Of a stretch of 64,000 bases of DNA, positions 36,471 to 49,952 are shown piece by piece. Every line of letters starts with the position of its first letter. Position 1 is the first letter of the stretch. A program made the translations under genes and the position numbers. Origin of the DNA: Hemiscyllium ocellatum (Eukaryota). The notes under the pieces are model-generated. The model was not told the DNA's origin and did not search any database. It saw nothing but the letters and a program-made list of their open reading frames with translations. The stretch covers positions 15,838,496 through 15,902,495 of the forward strand of contig NC_083431.1 in NCBI RefSeq assembly GCF_020745735.1, written 5' to 3'.

Positions 36471-38199
36471 AGATGTATTTATACGGTGTATTTAAGAGTG
36501 AGATAGATAGATAGATAGATTCTTGATCAGTAGGTGAATAAATGATTATAGGGAAGGGTAGGAAGGTAGACGTGAGGAATGACAGATCAGTCATGATCCT
36601 TTTGAGTGGTGGAGCAGGTTTGAGGGACTCAAAGTAGCAGCCAACTGCTTTGCAGAGAATTTGTCAGTAGTTACACTCATTTGTAATAATTAACCTTAAT
36701 ATTAAACGGTGAAATTCTGCACTGCAATGTCACAAAAATCATGCATTATTGCAATTGTATGAAGGCATTGTGCCTTTTTCATATTGACGAGTCAGTTAGC
36801 TCAGCTGGTTGAATGGCTGGTTTGCAATACCTACAGCACAGGTTCATTTCATACACCAGCTGAGGTTACCATGAAGGACCTCTCCCCTCCCCTGAGCTGT
36901 GGTGACACACCGGTTAAACCACTACCAGTTCTACCTACCTTTAATGAAGGAGTAGGACTGTGGTGACCTTACTTTGTGGATGTGGGATAGTCAAAGCCAC
37001 ATTTAATTGTAATATCCTGAAGACTACTTTTTTGTGATAACACAAATAATATTTGTCTGAACTCTTAGATATTCAACTATACACAGTTTCAGGGCTGGTT
37101 TATAGCATCTGAACCTGAATGAGTTTAGGATGAAAAACATGGACTTTGTATTTCTCTTTAGCAATGGTTAAGTTCTATGCTGCAAAGCAATTATAACATA
37201 CCATACTTATAAACCGATAGATGTGACCTTCATATTTTCTTTTGAATTTCTCATCCATTTTTAAAAAAATAGAATTGAGAAATGCCTCCTATGAGTACAA
37301 ATTTGAGAAACAAAACTATTCTACATCAAGCAGACATATGGATTAAATTTTTATTTGGCTAAAGTTGCAATGTATTCCCCCCCATGAGGTTTAGTGAGTT
37401 TTCTTGCTTAACTTTACCAAATTTACTGCATTAAATTGCCTACCACATGCCTGTTGCATTTCTCAAGTCTGGTTTCCGCCTTGTCTTACCATGCACTATT
37501 CCCAGAATAACTCGACACTCAGCAATAAGCAATAATTACTGTCAATTGGCAACACACCGCTGCCTAGCTCTAATTGTACCACATCACTTGTGAAAAGCAT
37601 AAATATGGCTCGAGTTGCTAAGAGGGGCTTCATTGGACTGATCCTACCACACATCTCACCACAGCCCAAGTTGGTCAAAACCCTTTAAGATTTTTGCCAA
37701 CATGTGGCCACACAATACTGCATGAAAGAGCTTAGGCTTCAGCATCTACTTCAACGTTGTTAACACATTCAGTCGGGATCAATACATGCAGATGGATTTA
37801 GATTGGTTGAGTGAGTGGGCAAAAATCTGGCAGGAATGTAACGTGGGAAAGCGTGGAGCTGTTCATTTTGGCAGAAAGAATAATAAAAAAATAGTACGAT
37901 TCAAAACGGAGAACAACTGCAGAATTGAGGGATAGAGGATGTAAGTGTTCTAATTCTCAAATTACAAAATATTAGTACGTTGGTTCAGCAAGCAATTAGA
38001 AACATTAATGAAATACTATTTATTGTGAGAGGAAATGAACAGAGAAAGACGGACATTTTGCCTCAGTTAAATACAGCATTAATACGACAGCACCTTGAAT
38101 ACATGTGCAGTTTTGGTTTCTTTATTTAAACATCGAAATGCATTGGAGATGGACCAGAGAAGGTTTACTAGGTTGATACCTGGAATTAATGGCTTGTTA

Positions 38200-38585
38200 C
38201 ACTACATGCTGCATCTGAAAAGCTAAGGGCATTGTGGAAGACCCCATACACCTCTCACACAAACTCTTCTCCCTCCTGCTATCTGGCAGAAGATTACAGA
38301 GCATTCAGACTCTCAGGGCCAGACTGTGCAACAGTTTCTTCCCCCCCCCCCCCCGCAAGCCATCAGGCACTTTCCCATCTAAAATTTTTAGCACAACTTT
38401 GATTTGCTGTTAGAAAAATGTCTATTATTTATCATTCTTCTATTACACTGTAACTTGTGTGTTTTGCACTTCTTATGCACTTTATGCCATGTACGAGTGT
38501 GTAGTCCGTCACCCTCAGTCCTGGAGCGACGCTGTCTTGTTTTTACTGTTTCTGTTGTAAATGGTAGAAGTGATAAATAAAAAGC
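38200..38585 (+). mobile_element. Rex1/Babar- or L2-type LINE 3' end
   Basis: ctatctggcagaagattacagagcattcagactc..agactgtgcaacagtttcttccc resembles LPSGRR..RL.NSFFP; ends in aataaa. Confidence 0.55.
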
Positions 38586-38665
38586 TACCCTTGTCTTATG
38601 AGGAAAGGTTGGACAGACTTGGTACTTTTACTGAAATTTAGAAGAGAGAGGGTTTACTAGTTTGT

Positions 38666-38967
38666 GGGCGGCGCGGTGGCACAGTGGTTAGCACTGCTGC
38701 CTCACAACACCAGAGACCTGGTTCAATTCCCGCCTCAGGTGACTGACTGTGTGGAGTTTGCACATTCTCCCCGTGTCTGCGTGGGTTTCCTCTGGGTGCT
38801 CCGGTTTCCTCCCACAGTCCAAAGATGTGCGGGTCAGGTGAATTGGCCATGCTAAATTGCCTGTGGTGTAAGGTAAGGGGTATGGGTGGGTTGCACTTCG
38901 GCGGGTCGGTGTGGACTTGTTGGGCCGAAGAGCTTGTTTCCACACTGTAAGTAATCTAATCTAATCT
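38666..38967 (+). mobile_element. HE1-type V-SINE, full length
   Basis: Same structure as other copies. Confidence 0.9.
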
Positions 38968-40129
38968 CACATATAGTTTGAAGCATACAAGATACTAAAC
39001 AGCCTTTACAAAGAAGGGATGTTTCCTTTTGTGGGTGAGCCCAGAGCTAGGGACTATAAAAAGTAGGGGTCACCCTTTCAGATAGAGGTGATAATTCGGT
39101 TTCTCCGAAGGCAGTGAAGACAGGATAATTTAATACTTTTAAAGGACAAGTTAGATACATTTTTATTGAACAACAACTCAAAAGGTTATCAGGGTAGATG
39201 GGAATGAGAAACTCAAAACATCACCATTGCAGCCATGATCTTACTGAATACTGGAGCAGGCTGAATGGCCTACTTCTGCCCCTAATTCTTGTGTTCAGCG
39301 ACTCAAGAAGCTCAGTACCACAGATTTTTAAAAAACCTACATGATTAGAACATATTCACTTCTTTAAACATTCATTGTAGATGGTAAATGCTACCAGATC
39401 CACACAGGTGCACTGCAATAACTGTGTCAGTTCCGCACGCACTTCGAATTGCTGAAACCACTCGTGCACTGTAGCAACTCAAGGGTTCTTCAGCAGCACC
39501 ATTCAAACCTGCAACCGAGAAGGACAAAGGCAGCAAGGAGCATTACCTTCAAGCTACAGCAATTGGACTTGGCACCGTACTGCTGTTCCTGCAAAGTTGC
39601 TAGGCCAAATCTTGGAACTCTCCTCTAAACACTATGGTAGGTGCAATAGTTCAGGAAGGCAGTTCACCAGTACCCTTGAGTGCAATTAGCAATGCACAAT
39701 AAACATTGGCCTGGTGACACCCACAGCCCATGAACAAATATTAAGTATTATTCCTAAAAAGAGCATGTAGCACTTTGCCTCTTTACAGATCCACATGTAT
39801 CATCCATGCAATGCTAAAGTTACAGAAACACTTGTATTTCTATCACAGCATAAAAATCTGACAGGATCAATCAGAACTTGGTAAACAATTTTAGTATGCC
39901 AGCTTTAGAAAAGTTCAGGAAATAACATACCATTCAAATAAATGAGACATAAAGTGTTGTTTATTTATAACAAAAACAAAGTGCGGATTATGTTTTACAT
40001 TGTAACATTAAAATACTCCAAGTTAAGGAAACTTGATAGAGGAATGCATGTGAGACATTACATTAGTGACCATTTAGACAATAAAACCATAAAGAAAAAT
40101 AATCTGTGTGAATGTAGTGAAAATAATAC

Positions 40130-40620
40130 AATAGTGAAGAAACTCAGCAGGTCCAGCAGCATCTGTGGAGAGAAAAAATAGAGTTGATGTTTCAAGTCCT
40201 TCAGAACTGAAGGGGGCTGGAAAATGATAGCACTTTTGCTGTTAACTAAAGGGGAGCAGGAGAAAAAAGTTGAACAGATGGTGAGGCTGTCCACAGCAAA
40301 AGGATGGTAAAGGAGAGACACAGATGTAGAAAAGCTGTTAGATGTTAAGAGCAGAACTGGCCTATTTTCTGCTACTTAAAACTTCCATAAAACACATTTT
40401 ACATCTATAGATCTCCTCTACTACCATCAGCACTTCATTTGCCTTTTGCTCCCGGCAGGCTCACCATCTGTTCAACTTGCTCTTCCTGCCTCTTTGTCTG
40501 CACAGCACAAAAATCCATAATCTTTCAGCCATCTTCAGTTCTGCAGAATTATTTGACTTGAAACATTAATTCTGTCTCTTTCTCTCCACAGATGCTACCA
40601 GATTTCTCTAGTGCTTTGTT
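40130..40620. mobile_element. Old fold-back Penelope-like relic
   Basis: Inverted pairs gttgaacagatggtgag / ctcaccatctgttcaac and gcatctgtggagaga / tctctccacagatgc. Confidence 0.6.
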
Positions 40621-41612
40621 TTTATTTCAGAATTTCATATTCCATAATTCTTTACTTCCATATGTGTAGATGTAGTGCGTTGAACTTTACAGCCAAGACC
40701 AGAAGTTCTACTTTACCAAAAGCTGTTCCTATAGAATTTAGACATTTCTGGAACTTAATAATTGTAATATCTAGCTTATTAATAGGTGTAGCTTAATTCT
40801 AATAGAGACTGAAGGCTCTGATTACATTATGGAATACTGCTTAGCTTTTCCTATGAAATTCCTTGATTGCCATCAAAAACAAACATTACACCAGTATTCA
40901 AAACTCACGATCAAGCTCAGTGTAAAGGAATTTGGCTAAACATGCAGATGCTAATATCTCAAAGTACAAAGCCTTAATCTTATGTTCATGGGATCACCTT
41001 TATTTCAAAGTAACATCCCCCAAAACCTTGTTTTATTGCCCTTCAATTTGTGCAGGCTATATTACTAACTGTAAACAAAGGTGTGCATTGTTGACTTACC
41101 CCTACAATTAGATTTTTATAAAAAACTTTTGGTAGGTCTTTTGCATGATGCAGTCACATGGTATGGCACCATGTGCTGGTGCCCCACAAGTGGCAGAGCA
41201 CTGCTTGAAAAGGACTGCCTCACCATAATATGGACCTTCTGAATCCATAACGATCTAGCACTGATTGAGAGGTTAAATGAGATCAGTATACTCTTGAAGC
41301 ATTATACCTTCAAAGGGGGTTCCAGCACATTCTTTGAAATTTGCGTTACAGGTAGACAGGGTGGTTAAAAAGGCATTTAGCATGCTTGCCTTCATTGCTC
41401 CAACCTTTGAGTGATGCCCCTGCTCTAAAGTTATGATTCATGCTTGAGTCAAAGCTATTTAGATGACACAGCTGGAGGCATGGACTTCCAAGGAATCAGA
41501 TCTTTAAAAAAAAAACAGGAAGAGGAAGGGAATAAAGGTAAACAGGATAAAGGAATAAAATGAAATGAATGCTAAACATTATTACTTTTTCTCCCAAACT
41601 TTCTCCTCACAG

Positions 41613-41844
41613 TTAAAAATCGCACAACACCAGGTTAGTGTCCAACAGGTTTAATTGGAAGCACTAGCTTTTGGAGTGCTACTCCTTCATCAGGTGATTG
41701 TGACAACCACCACCACCCAACTACCTGGTGAAGGAGCAGCGCTCCAAAAGCTAGTGCTTCCAATTAAACCTGTTGGACACTAATCTGGTGATGTGCGATT
41801 TTTAACTTTGTACACCCCAGTCCAACACCGGCATCTCCAAATCA
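41613..41844. mobile_element. Fold-back Penelope-like element (family B) with two opposed hammerhead motifs
   Basis: 85-bp inverted arms with 5 mismatches; 13-bp TSD tttctcctcacag at 41600-41612 and 41845-41857. Confidence 0.9.
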
Positions 41845-42484
41845 TTTCTCCTCACAGCTTATAATTATGGTTCCCTGGGCATGATCAATAAGGTGGCTTA
41901 GGTTGAATCATATAAAACCGACAGCAAAGAGCTCTGAAAAGAGAGAGAGAGCAATTTGGCAAACTTTGTGATAATGACCAGTTGCATTGTACAGCCTGTA
42001 CATCAACAAAATTATTAGCTCCACTTTACAACAATGGCTACACTTAAAAATCATTTCATTGCATGGTCCATCAAATTAGAGCATTCAAAATGGTTTTCTT
42101 CCACCCCACTTTTTACATCAACCATTTAAGATCAGGACACTCTCATATAAAAACATGATGGGCAAGGCTTTCATGTTAAAAGACAGTAGCAGCATTTGGG
42201 CAGATATTGACAAATGCTGAAGGAGACACTAACTCCTGATAAGCTTAGCCTGTTGGAAATCACATCTACCCAAAAGGCCACTAACTAAATATCAATAATT
42301 AACAGTATCACAAGGTACTTCACATACAAAAATATATTAGATTGGAAACTGCTTTACAGAACTGTGAGGGAGCAGAAAGGCATAATGGAAACCCCCTCTG
42401 CAGAAAGCCAAGTTATTGTTCTTGGCAGTAAAGTCACAGAATAAAATCAGTATTCTCGCAGTATCAAGAAGCATTCTGATATTA

Positions 42485-42904
42485 CAGGTAGAAAATCCCT
42501 TATCCGAACATCCAAAAACTGAAAAGCTCCAAAATCCAAAAGGTTTTTTGTGAAGTTTTTTTCTCATTACCAAGGTTGTTTGGCGAGCAAACTTTTATCC
42601 CAAGTCGACACCCACTCAATGCATGTCACTAAGATGCTGATGTTGGGGGGGTGGGGTTGTGACCAAGCACTGACAGGCCTGGGGTTTCTCTGTGAAAACC
42701 CCCAAGTCGATACCCACTCGATGTGTGTCACTCAGATGCAACATGGGGGGCATGGCCAAGCACGTCCTTAATAAAAAGTCTGCTCCTCCAGTAAGATTTT
42801 TAAAACTTTCACCATTAAATTCTCACTTGTTCTGAAAATCGAAAAATTACAAATTCTGAAAAACAGCTAGTCCCGAGCATTTCGGATAAAGGATCGTCAA
42901 CCTG
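42485..42904. mobile_element. Tc1/mariner-pogo MITE, Tigger4/Zombi-like
   Basis: TA flanks; imperfect 24-bp TIRs CAGGTAGAAAATCCCTTATCCGAA / CAGGTTGACGATCCTTTATCCGAA. Confidence 0.8.
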
Positions 42905-43006
42905 TACTGTGCTTACATCCTACAGTGATACCGTGACTGTGGCTTCCTTCCAGTTAGAAGGCAAATCTGTTGGTCTGCGTTTAAAACCAGATGTTGATTG
43001 CAATCC

Positions 43007-43474
43007 TCACTTGCTTCGATTTGCCTGATTCTTTTGTGTAGCTTCTTCAGCTTTACTTTGTCTCCACTCACAAATGTCAGCAAAGTCACAAGACCGACAT
43101 TTCCACGCCTCCTCAATATCCACACCCTTGGCCTCCCTCTGGCCCCTCCAGAAGGAGTAATAATGCTTTAGCTCACTTTTAACCCACTCCTCTTCAAAGT
43201 TGACCTCTTTTGTTCCAATTAGAGAGGCATCTGCTTGGTAACAGTATTCTATTTTCATGGTGTCAATATTGGGGATCTCTGCATATCTCAGGTTTAGCAA
43301 CATTAAATCCAGAAGGTCACCAAATGTGCTTATGGTAAACCCCACCTTCTGAGCATGCAACAGAATCTCTGAACTAAACGGCTGCTCTGTCCTTAAGCAA
43401 AGATGGTGAGTAATAGTGTCCTTGTTCAGTTGGCCTTTTATCATAGCCTCAAACAGAAGTTTGTATATATTAAC
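43007..43474 (-). CDS. EXO5: Exonuclease V, exon 6
   Basis: VNIYKLLFEAMIKG..KIEY..YYSFWRGQREAKGVDIEEAWKCRSCDFADICEWR (three Fe-S Cys); ttaacag acceptor, phase 0. Confidence 0.95.
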   Translation of the reverse strand, partial: VNIYKLLFEAMIKGQLNKDTITHHLCLRTEQPFSSEILLHAQKVGFTISTFGDLLDLMLLNLRYAEIPNIDTMKIEYCYQADASLIGTKEVNFEEEWVKSELKHYYSFWRGQREAKGVDIEEAWKCRSCDFADICEWRQSKAEEATQKNQANRSK

Positions 43475-45581
43475 CTGTTAATAAAAAAGGGGATTTAGTT
43501 TTATGAAATGATCAATACAGAGCCAATATCACTTCAATAAAATGTTAACATTTCCACATATGCTGCCAGACCGGAGTTTCTTCACAAATTTCTCTTTTTG
43601 TTTGTTTCAGATCTCTAGCATCTACAGTTCTTTATTTCACTTCAACATATCTTTGCTATTCATTTCACACACCAGAAGTCTTCACTTGTTCCCTGGTTCT
43701 GCAGTGTATTTCTTTTTTTTTTAAAAGCTTTGGAATCCATGTACAAAATGACATGAGAGTAATCTATAACGTCTTCCCAACTGGAATGTTGTGACAGCAT
43801 ATTTAATTGCTGGTTGGAATCACAAAACCCAACAACACTAAAAAATGTAATACTGGCATTTAAACAGTGAGCTTTCTTATTGAAGAATTTCCCCTTTAAG
43901 AATGCTAGAACTGTTCTGTGCAGAGCCACCAAGAGCCACTGTGCTGCAGCAGTGGCCCACAAATATTAATGAGAAATTGGTTGAGGGAGGGATATTGATC
44001 AGTCAGACTAAATGGTCCAGTATTCTGAATCAGGCAGCTATCACATTCAGTGACTATAATTACAGGATTAAAAGCCAGCAAATGGTAGAAAAAAACAAGA
44101 GATTTTCCAATTGATTTCTGTAGTTGGAGAGAAACCGAACTTCACGCTTCCAATATATGCACAGTGTAGATAGGAGTTAACAGTCAATTATTGTTAAATG
44201 ACTTGATACTTAAATTCAAGTCCAACCAGTAACTAATCAATCAACATGAAACCCTGCAATTCCTGACTGATGCTTTATCAAACTGCACTGAATCACAGAA
44301 ATACAATGGGAGTAACAAGACTTTGTAACTAGAGATGACAAGACAAAAGTTGTATGGAAAAGTTATTCTTTTTTTAAGGATTTAACATTTTCTATAAATT
44401 CTATAATAAAGAATTTTATAGTTTTAGAATATATGTTTACAAGAGAATTAATCAGATAAACATGAGGTCGAAGGTCTTGACACTTTGAAAAATCTTGTAG
44501 GTAATTATATTTTCTATTAGTTAAATAATTAGTTGTTCTGTTTATTATCTTGAGTTGGGAATACTAATGAATAAGCGATAATACTTTCAAAAGAATATTG
44601 AGAATGACCAGAAATTAATCCAATAGTGCCTCTCAAGCCAACGACTATAGACTGCTTTCCAGAGAAATTAGTAAGGGAACAACTGAACAGCAGCCAGAAG
44701 CGGGTTTGCTGTAAGGAGTGGAGTGCAGATGATGTGCAGAGAGGCTAGTTATCTCGAAGCACAAGTGTGCAGAGGGCAGCACTCAGAGTGGCACAAAGTT
44801 CATCAGGTAGACCTGCAGTAACCAAGGCTGCTGGTAGGCATTGGGTGAGTTCAGCTTGATTGAGTGAGAGTTTTTAAAAGAAATATTTTAAAAAGGAAGG
44901 CACATCCATCTCAAACACCCATTTACCCAAGTACATTTCGAACACACTCCATGCACAACTTGAAAGAGGAGTATCATTAATAATTATGGCCATAGTATTG
45001 TAAGTATTTTAGAAGTTGGTCCTTCAGTCAATAAAGCTCGAGAACCACTGGCCAAACAGAAGCAAGGAGGAAAGAATGAAACCAAAAACAGCAATAAATC
45101 TACAAACTTACTCTCTTTTAAGATACCCCCAATATTTTTAATCCACAACTGAACTGCTGGTGTGATAATAATTCAATGTGATTTCTCAACTCCAGCAAAT
45201 GCACGGAACACATTTGTCCACTAGAATCTTAAGAGGAGGCATAAACTCTCTCACCTATGGGTCAGAAAGTTTGTCAAATTAACCAAAAAGAGACAGTTCA
45301 TGAAAATACTTCCACAATCCCAACTTTGAAACTGCATTGATGTGCAAAAATTCCATGAACACATTGAACTGTAAAGTTAGAATTCACGTTGTGTTGCTAT
45401 GACTCTACTAAGCAGTGATTCAAAACATAATCAGTACATATGCTTTACCAATTCAATGAGGTTTCAGAATGGGGTGGTCATTTTTATTCCAAATGATACA
45501 AAGCATGGTGTCAATGTTTAAATAAACAGCTAAAGTGAGCCAATGAAAACAGATCCTTTGCAAATGTTTGCCCCCACTTAC

Positions 45582-45754
45582 TTGTAACTGATGACTCTTC
45601 CTTTGAGCTACACTGGGATATGTTCGCTGACCACGTGTTTTCAGTTCACGCAATTCCAGTTCACCTTTGGAATTATAGCACAGCTCATCAACAACACCAA
45701 CAAGAAAAATCCCCTCCAGCTCTCCAAACACTGGCAGCTCTCGGACACGCTCTC
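45582..45754 (-). CDS. EXO5: Exonuclease V, exon 5 (catalytic motifs)
   Basis: GERVRELPVFGELEGIFLVGVVDEL..ELKTR..HQLQ|gtaagt. Confidence 0.95.
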
Positions 45755-46124
45755 CTATTCAATACACAACCAAATCACTTGGTTAGAGTATAGCTGAGTG
45801 GACAGCCACAATGACATTCACTACTCATGCAGATGGTTATAAATTTGAGTCCTATGTTGACAATGACTCAAACCCGACTCTCTTTCAGCTAGACAGTTTT
45901 CAGCTGATTACATAGGTGGTGCAGCTCACCATAATAAGGCTTGTTATATTCTGAAGAGGCAAATTTTTAAAAACCTATCCAGCGTGTTAGAAAAACTGGA
46001 TGACGCTGTGGAAAATGCTACAAAGCAAAAGCAAATTTCCTGGCTACATTAAATTATTTTGTAGCATAAATGATGAAAGAAGTTTCCTACCTTTAAGGTA
46101 AAACCTGACAATGTTTTTATATAC

Positions 46125-46229
46125 CTGCTTGCAAGAACTGGATCATTGAGAGAAGATTAAGTATCTTCACAGCCCAGCTATCTTCTCGGCTCTCTACTTT
46201 TATTGGGACAATATCCTGGACCTCCAATT
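46125..46229 (-). CDS. EXO5: Exonuclease V, exon 4
   Basis: [35 protein letters not shown]; phase 1-1. Confidence 0.95.
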
Positions 46230-47151
46230 CTAAAACAGAAGCAGAAATAACCTTATTCACACTTGCCCTTTAACAACCACAGCAGAACTGCAGTGTGAAT
46301 TCGGATGGAAGGACTGACGGAGAGGGAGGTTAAGCCTGCCACTAAAATGTTTGAAAACTATTGACTTTTGAAGAAAGACATTTCAATCCCAGCTGACTTT
46401 GTTCATCAATGAAGCAGCACTGGTTCTTAAATTAATGTCAGGAGTAGTGATTAAATTAAATCTCAACATCAGCCTTGTGTCTGCCAAGGCAGTAGTTTAA
46501 TAAAAACAGCAGGTAAATGAGGCCTCATTCAGAAGCAGAAAATCCACTTTTGATTCCTCCTCTATCACATTAGATCAAAGAAAATATGAAGAATAGACAT
46601 GACACACAGTTCCAACTTCTGATCATTACTTGGTGTCCCTAGTGAAAAATGTCTGCTTTATAAATTATTTAATAGGAAATGGTAATTACTGGCAAGGTCA
46701 GAATTTGTTGCCCATCTCCAGTTGCCCCTGTACAGAGTGGCTTGTGCGGCCATTTGTGCAGGTAGTTAAGAGTCATCACATTGCTGACAGTCTGGATTCT
46801 TATGTGAGCCAGACCAGGTAAGAACAGTAGATTGTCATTAAAAAAAAATCTGGCAATCAGTCACCATTACTGAGACGGACTTATAAATTGGATTTAGATT
46901 CCACCAGCTGCCATGATGGAATAACCCCCAAAGCATTAGCCTGTACCTCTGGGTTACGAGTGTAATGACATCACCACTACACCATCTCCCCCTACATATG
47001 TGGATAGGATGAGATTTGGTTGTGATGCAGCTCAGAACTAAATAACAAGGCAAAGTTTGGAAGCAAACATATTCATAAATGAGGTGACTATGGACCCTAA
47101 GCACTGACTGACGCTAGGACTAGCAATGTTCATTTCAGTCTAAAAGGTTAC

Positions 47152-47417
47152 CTCTTGCCAGGTGTAGACAGCTACCAGCTTTCACAACTGGAACATCTTC
47201 TCGCAGTTGTTCAATGTGTGGCAGTTCCAGACCATAAACCACTTGCTGCTCGCACCAAGCCTGTCGACTCAGGTCAGTGACATTCAGGTACTTTCGACCA
47301 AAGCGCTCCAGCGGGATCCTTTCATCTTGCTTTCTCCGTTTACTGCCACTGCCCTCAGGTCGCACCTGGCTTTTCTGTTCAGACACATTTAGCTGATTGG
47401 AGGATTGCTTGTTTCCA
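47152..47417 (-). CDS. EXO5: Exonuclease V, exon 3
   Basis: PLERFGRKYLNVTDLSRQAWCEQQVVYG..GSCLHLAR; acceptor tctttctctcccctcccctgaccctag, phase 2-1. Confidence 0.95.
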
Positions 47418-47659
47418 CTAGGGTCAGGGGAGGGGAGAGAAAGATTGATTGCCCAAATTTACTTTTCAATTATGGGGGCAGAAGGAAAAGTAAGTAAAGA
47501 GCACCTCAGCATCAAATTCTTCTTTTCATAGAGAAATAGGAAATACTTGTAATTAGTGACCAGCTGTCAAAACCAGGGGTGACATGTAGTGTTCAAGCAT
47601 GCAATTAAGGGCAATTTTAATTATTGCATTGCTCAACCTGAAACAGAAGCTTCCTTCTC

Positions 47660-48380
47660 CAAAACAGTCATAGGAACATTGGAGCAGCAGGAGATCATTC
47701 AGCCCTTTAGATGTGTACAGCCATTCTCGATAATGGGTCATCAACTACCTCAATCTATATGCTGACGCTGTCTAAAATCCTTCAATTTTATTGGTGACTC
47801 AAAATATATCAATTTCTGCCTTGAAATGTACTTAATGACCGAGCTTACACAGCCTGCTGAGGGAGAGAATTCCAAAGATACAACATCCAAGTGAAGAAGT
47901 TCTTCTTCATCTCAGTCCTAAACAGTCTCAAAGTAAGAGGCTATGTTACCTAGTTCTATATACCACAGACAGAATAAACATCCTTTCTGTATATACTGTT
48001 TATGCCTTTCAGAATTGTGTAACTTCCTGGAAGACTGCTAAACTCTGAACACAGAATACCAGGTAGTCTCCACAATCTCTCTTCATAGACAGTACCACAA
48101 TTTAATCTGGTGAATTTCCACTGTAATCCCCCTACAGCATTTATATCCTTCCTTAGGCATGGGATCAGACTGCATTCAATACTCCAGCTATGGTGTCACT
48201 AGTTTCTATACAACTGAAGCAAAACTTCTTTGCTCTTGAACATACATTATTTTGTGATTATGACAAATATACCATTTGTCTTCAGAATTGCTTGCGGCAC
48301 CTGAATGCTAGCTTTCAGTGACTTCTGAACAAGGATGGCTTTGGATGTCAACACTTTCCAATCTTTAACACATTTAGTAC
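47660..48380 (-). mobile_element. Degenerate CR1 in EXO5 intron 2
   Basis: CR1 tail and RT C-terminal remnants. Confidence 0.7.
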
Positions 48381-48644
48381 TCTGCACCTTTGTTTCTTCT
48401 TCCATTTCACTGAAAAGTATTAAAAAAAAGGATTTCACAAGAACTGCAGTTGCCAGTGTTGGAGCCTGTGGGAAGGCACCAAGAATGTTTTAATTAAAAT
48501 TGCAAAAAGCTCAACTGATAAAGAGCACTGACACGTTCAATTATTTACACCACAGTTGAGCAAACTAACCCATACCTCTAAGCCAAGACTTATTACAATG
48601 TACTACAAGTATTAGCCACAATAATATACAAGCTTAAAAATTAC

Positions 48645-48741
48645 CTACAAATTTCTTCAACAGTTACTTGTCCAGTACAGCAAGATTCAGTAGATCTGCT
48701 AGAGGTGCGATCATTATCTCCCTCACATAGTTCAGGTTTAT
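48645..48741 (-). CDS. EXO5: Exonuclease V, exon 2 (low-conservation linker)
   Basis: ctcctag|..|gtaatt; 97 nt open, phase 1-2, bridges exons 1 and 3. Confidence 0.7.
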
Positions 48742-49952
48742 CTAGGAGATCAGAAATTAAACAAACAGGTCAAGATACATATTTCTGTAAACTTTACATA
48801 TTTTCTTTTCAAACTGATTTACAATGTCAGTTGTGCTAAAACTGACGACTTATAGCTCTCACCAACTGGCTACAAAAATGACAAAGCTGTATCATATCTC
48901 AGGAAATGTATACCCGACATTACCAAGAAACATTTGACTTGCTAAACTTCAAAGTAAATTGCATACTCATTCAAAAAAAAGTAAATTTGTTGACAGACAG
49001 AATGATGTGTGAAGATAAATGACAATAGGTGATGCAATTTATCAATAATTTCACAACCTTAAATGCATTCTTGTATTGTCCATTTTATTCAAAAAGAACT
49101 CCAACATCAATACCTGTTGCTTCCAGACTTGCTGAACTTTTCCAGCAATGAAAACCTACTTTGTCATCACAAAGGGGGCGAAAGGTTTCAGAAAGATAGG
49201 GGAAGCACATTTTAAAAAACTATGATTTGTTAATTGAAAATCTCAACCTATTTCCATGACGGAAGCATGTGGTGAACTACAAAGACAGCTCAGGCGAAAC
49301 ACAGAAGTGACAAAGATTAATCAAAAGATGGGTAGTTAAAAAAAATGCATGTATTTAGCATTGTTATGTCTCACTGGGGTCCTGCACTAGCAATCAAACC
49401 CAGCTTTCCCCAGAGTCATCACCAAAGTTCACATTTTATAACAGTGCACGAAATTCCCCAATGTATCATCTTTCAGACCCAGGTTGACATAAAGCACAAA
49501 CCAGGTTTGTTTGTTTACTTATTTTAGCTACAGGTAAATAACTATGAACGAATGTATAACTTTACTAGTTGAAACTCTAACTACCTTATAAAACTCCCGA
49601 CACAGAATGTAAAATACTGGAGTCATGGCAGAGGGAAAGTCTGTGAAGGCAGTTTAATGGTCCCTGTTCAACTTGTCTGGCTTGCTGCTCCTCAACGTTC
49701 CAAGTACTTTTAATTGCTTGTAGGAGGTACAGGGTGACTGGGTCACACCAATAAAGTATCTGATTTATTGGTTAAGAGCCATAGCTCACAGCAACTGATG
49801 AAAGAAAATAGATTTTCTTCAGGTGCAAATTGTTTTTATTGCAGAGAGGCTAGCTCCTTCTTTTCTGACGGTCCAATGACTCCTACCCAAACATTCACAT
49901 CCACAAGCTGTTCAGTTACCTGGGTGACAATTACACTGTTGTGGAAGGCCTT

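Larger units (their letters stand above)
37780..39300 (+). mobile_element. Degenerate CR1 carrying nested Rex/Babar-like and HE1 insertions
   Basis: CR1-like sequence resumes after each insert. Confidence 0.65.

Noticed and set aside
43660-43962. 100-aa ORF in EXO5 intron 5
   Set aside because: No EXO5 similarity; the conserved QV.IY motif spans exons 5-6 directly.
48247-48438. Possible extra EXO5 exon (EMEEETK..)
   Set aside because: Largely overlaps a CR1 relic, and exons 2 and 3 already join in phase.
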